Positions 30,388 to 32,000 of a stretch of DNA of 32,000 nt are shown piece by piece. Source of the DNA: Hathewaya proteolytica DSM 3090 (lineage in GTDB: Bacteria > Bacillota > Clostridia > Clostridiales > Clostridiaceae). A program made the position numbers and the translations under genes. The stretch lies in NCBI RefSeq assembly GCF_900142225.1, contig NZ_FRAD01000023.1, positions 1 to 32,000 of the forward strand, written 5' to 3'. The stretch's first letter is position 1, and each line of letters begins with the position of its first letter. Below the pieces are notes generated by a model. The model was given only the letters and a program-made list of their open reading frames with translations. It was not told the origin of the DNA and made no database searches.

Positions 30388-31341
30388 ATGAAGAAAATAC
30401 TTGTCACTGGTTCATTAGGACAGATAGGTTCTGAACTTGTTGAAAAGCTTAGAAAAGATTATGGTGCAAACAATGTTATAGCATCTGATATAAGAAAACC
30501 AGAAGGAAACCCAGTTGTAGAAGCAGGCCCTTTTGAAACTATAGATGTACTTGATGCTCAGAAAATGGCTGACGTTGTAAAAAACAATGGTGTTGATACT
30601 ATAATTCATTTAGCTGCATTATTATCAGCAGTGGCAGAAGCAAAACCACAGTTAGCATGGAACATAAACATGGGTGGTCTTGTAAATGCTTTGGAAGTTG
30701 CAAGAGAAACAAAGTGTCAGTTCTTTACTCCAAGTTCTATAGGAGCCTTTGGACCATCAACTCCTAAGAAAAATACTCCACAGGATACTCTTCAGAGACC
30801 AGAAACTATGTATGGTGTAACAAAGGTATCAGGAGAATTATTATGTGATTACTACTTCAAGAGATTTGGAGTAGATACTAGGGGAGTAAGATTCCCAGGC
30901 TTAATCTCTTACGTAGCACCTCCAGGAGGCGGAACTACAGATTATGCTGTAGATATATATTATGAAGCAATAAAAAACAAAAAATATGTTAGTTACATTG
31001 ATAAGGGAACTTACATGGATATGATGTATATGCCAGATGCTTTAAATGGTATTGTTACATTAATGGAAGCTGATCCATCTAAATTAGTTCACAGAAATGC
31101 ATTCAATATAGCAGCTATGAGCTTTGAGCCAGAAGAGATAGCAGCAGAAATAAGAAAGCATATTCCAGAATTCCAGGTTTCTTACGATGTAGATCCAGTT
31201 AGGCAGGCTATTGCAAATAGTTGGCCAGACTGCATTGATTGCACACCAGCTAAAGAAGAATGGGGATTCAAAGCAGAATACGACTTAGCTAAGATGACTA
31301 CAGATATGTTAGAAAAATTGGCTGCAAAAAACCTTAAATAA
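30388..31341 (+). CDS. tdh: L-threonine 3-dehydrogenase, short-chain (UDP-galactose-4-epimerase-like) type
   Basis: Extended-SDR Rossmann motif VTGSLGQIGSEL and catalytic YGVTK. 317 aa and paired with kbl, which forms the threonine-to-glycine pathway. Confidence 0.8.
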   Translation: MKKILVTGSLGQIGSELVEKLRKDYGANNVIASDIRKPEGNPVVEAGPFETIDVLDAQKMADVVKNNGVDTIIHLAALLSAVAEAKPQLAWNINMGGLVNALEVARETKCQFFTPSSIGAFGPSTPKKNTPQDTLQRPETMYGVTKVSGELLCDYYFKRFGVDTRGVRFPGLISYVAPPGGGTTDYAVDIYYEAIKNKKYVSYIDKGTYMDMMYMPDALNGIVTLMEADPSKLVHRNAFNIAAMSFEPEEIAAEIRKHIPEFQVSYDVDPVRQAIANSWPDCIDCTPAKEEWGFKAEYDLAKMTTDMLEKLAAKNLK

Positions 31342-31348
31342 TAAGCTT

Positions 31349-31380
31349 ACTAATGCTGCAAACTATCTTGCAGCATTAGT
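31349..31380 (+). terminator. Stem-loop after tdh (terminator-like, no T-run)
   Basis: 13-bp perfect stem actaatgctgcaa-actatc-ttgcagcattagt. Confidence 0.5.
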
Positions 31381-31413
31381 CATAATGTAAAAATATCTGT
31401 GCGAGGAGAAAAT

Positions 31414-32000
31414 ATGGAAAAAGAAAAAATTGACCATGTGATAAAAATACTTGAAGAGACCTATAGTGACGCCAAATGTGCTTTGGATTTTAAATCTCCT
31501 TATGAGCTCATGGTGTCAACTATATTGTCCGCCCAATGTACAGATGAAAGAGTAAACAAAGTCTGTGGGGAGCTTTATAAGAAATACAATACTCCCTATA
31601 AGATGGTAGAGCTTACAGTGCCACAGCTCACGGAAAAAATTAAATCTTGCGGGCTTTCCAACAACAAAAGTAAAAATATTTTAGGGGCTAGCAGAATGCT
31701 CATTGAAAATTTCCATGGTGAGGTACCTTCCAGTATGGAGGAACTTACTTCCCTTCCTGGTGTGGGTATAAAAACTGCCAATGTGGTTTTATCTAATGCT
31801 TTTAACGTTCCAGCCATTGCCGTGGACACCCATGTTTTTAGGGTATCTAAGCGTATAGGGTTATCTAGTGGTAAAAACGTAGAAATTGTGGAAGAAGATT
31901 TGATGAAAATTATCCCTAAAGATAAGTGGAGCCATATGCACCATTGCCTTATTTGGCATGGAAGAAAAATCTGCAAAGCTAGGAAGCCGCTTTGTGACGA
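31414..32000 (+). CDS. nth: Endonuclease III (5' part; continues past the window end)
   Basis: The ATG at 31414 follows GAGGAG (31403-31408). Translation is MEKEKIDHVIKILEETYSDAKCALDFKSPYELMVSTILSAQCTDERVN...LPGVGIKTANVVL...AVDTHVFRV...HGRKICKARKPLCD, which contains the HhH-GPD motif and the start of the [4Fe-4S] Cys loop. It is not in the ORF track because no stop is reached. Confidence 0.9.
   Translation, partial: MEKEKIDHVIKILEETYSDAKCALDFKSPYELMVSTILSAQCTDERVNKVCGELYKKYNTPYKMVELTVPQLTEKIKSCGLSNNKSKNILGASRMLIENFHGEVPSSMEELTSLPGVGIKTANVVLSNAFNVPAIAVDTHVFRVSKRIGLSSGKNVEIVEEDLMKIIPKDKWSHMHHCLIWHGRKICKARKPLCD

Noticed and set aside
18572-31976. Other short antisense ORFs: 18572..18799, 18598..18780, 19050..19277, 20620..20829, 21817..22113, 22495..22836, 23254..23487, 24018..24224, 26085..26918 (three), 27099..27296, 28434..28751, 30415..30609 and 31596..31976
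   Set aside because: All overlap, on the opposite strand, CDSs with clear family signatures (manC, HesB-like, manA, ABC-F, rimI, tsaB, FAD oxidoreductase, queG, plsC-family, tdh, nth). I treat them as AT-rich-genome noise.
1-32000. Mobile elements, prophage, genomic-island boundaries, rRNA, CRISPR
   Set aside because: I recognised no transposase, integrase or recombinase motifs, no long inverted terminal repeats, and no tRNA-flanked direct repeats around tRNA-Trp. The region reads as core chromosome. The ATPase-like gene looks more AT-rich than its neighbours by eye, but I did not compute composition.

Overview
This is a low-GC chromosomal segment that looks like Clostridium (class Clostridia; the taxon is inferred from gene content and AT-richness only). 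It is densely packed with housekeeping genes. Plus strand: the 3' end of a surface-protein-like CDS, T-box-controlled metG, rnmV, rsmA/ksgA, two uncharacterised genes (one with 17 tandem hexapeptide repeats), a large GH73 + Amidase_3 autolysin with four internal repeats, lgt plus a lipoprotein, an Mrp/NBP35 ATPase, nrdD with an NrdR box, manC, manA, a CBS/ACT protein, tRNA-Trp(CCA), an FAD oxidoreductase, queG, a PlsC-family acyltransferase, kbl-tdh and the 5' part of nth. Minus strand: a degenerate P-type ATPase homologue, a TIM-barrel + MBL-fold pair, two HesB/IscA-like genes, an ABC-F ATPase and tsaE-tsaB-rimI. I saw no rRNA, CRISPR array, transposase, integrase or phage genes. The main hidden signal lies in the only long stretch with no ORF in the supplied track (about 19277-19981). 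It holds a complete minus-strand gene (19473-19799) with its own RBS, promoter-like hexamers and terminator. This gene is a tandem paralogue of the HesB-like gene at 18929-19258, with 72 of the first 93 residues identical by hand count. It carries an in-frame TGA exactly where the paralogue has its conserved Cys37, so I predict a selenocysteine-containing HesB-like protein. The second notable item is 12022-13608 (-). It keeps the P1B-type ATPase membrane and actuator architecture, but TGES, CPC, DKTGT, TGDN and GDGxNDxP are all degenerate and most of the nucleotide-binding domain is missing, while the reading frame stays intact. All calls come from reading the translations and the DNA by eye. 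No database search, folding or composition calculation was run.
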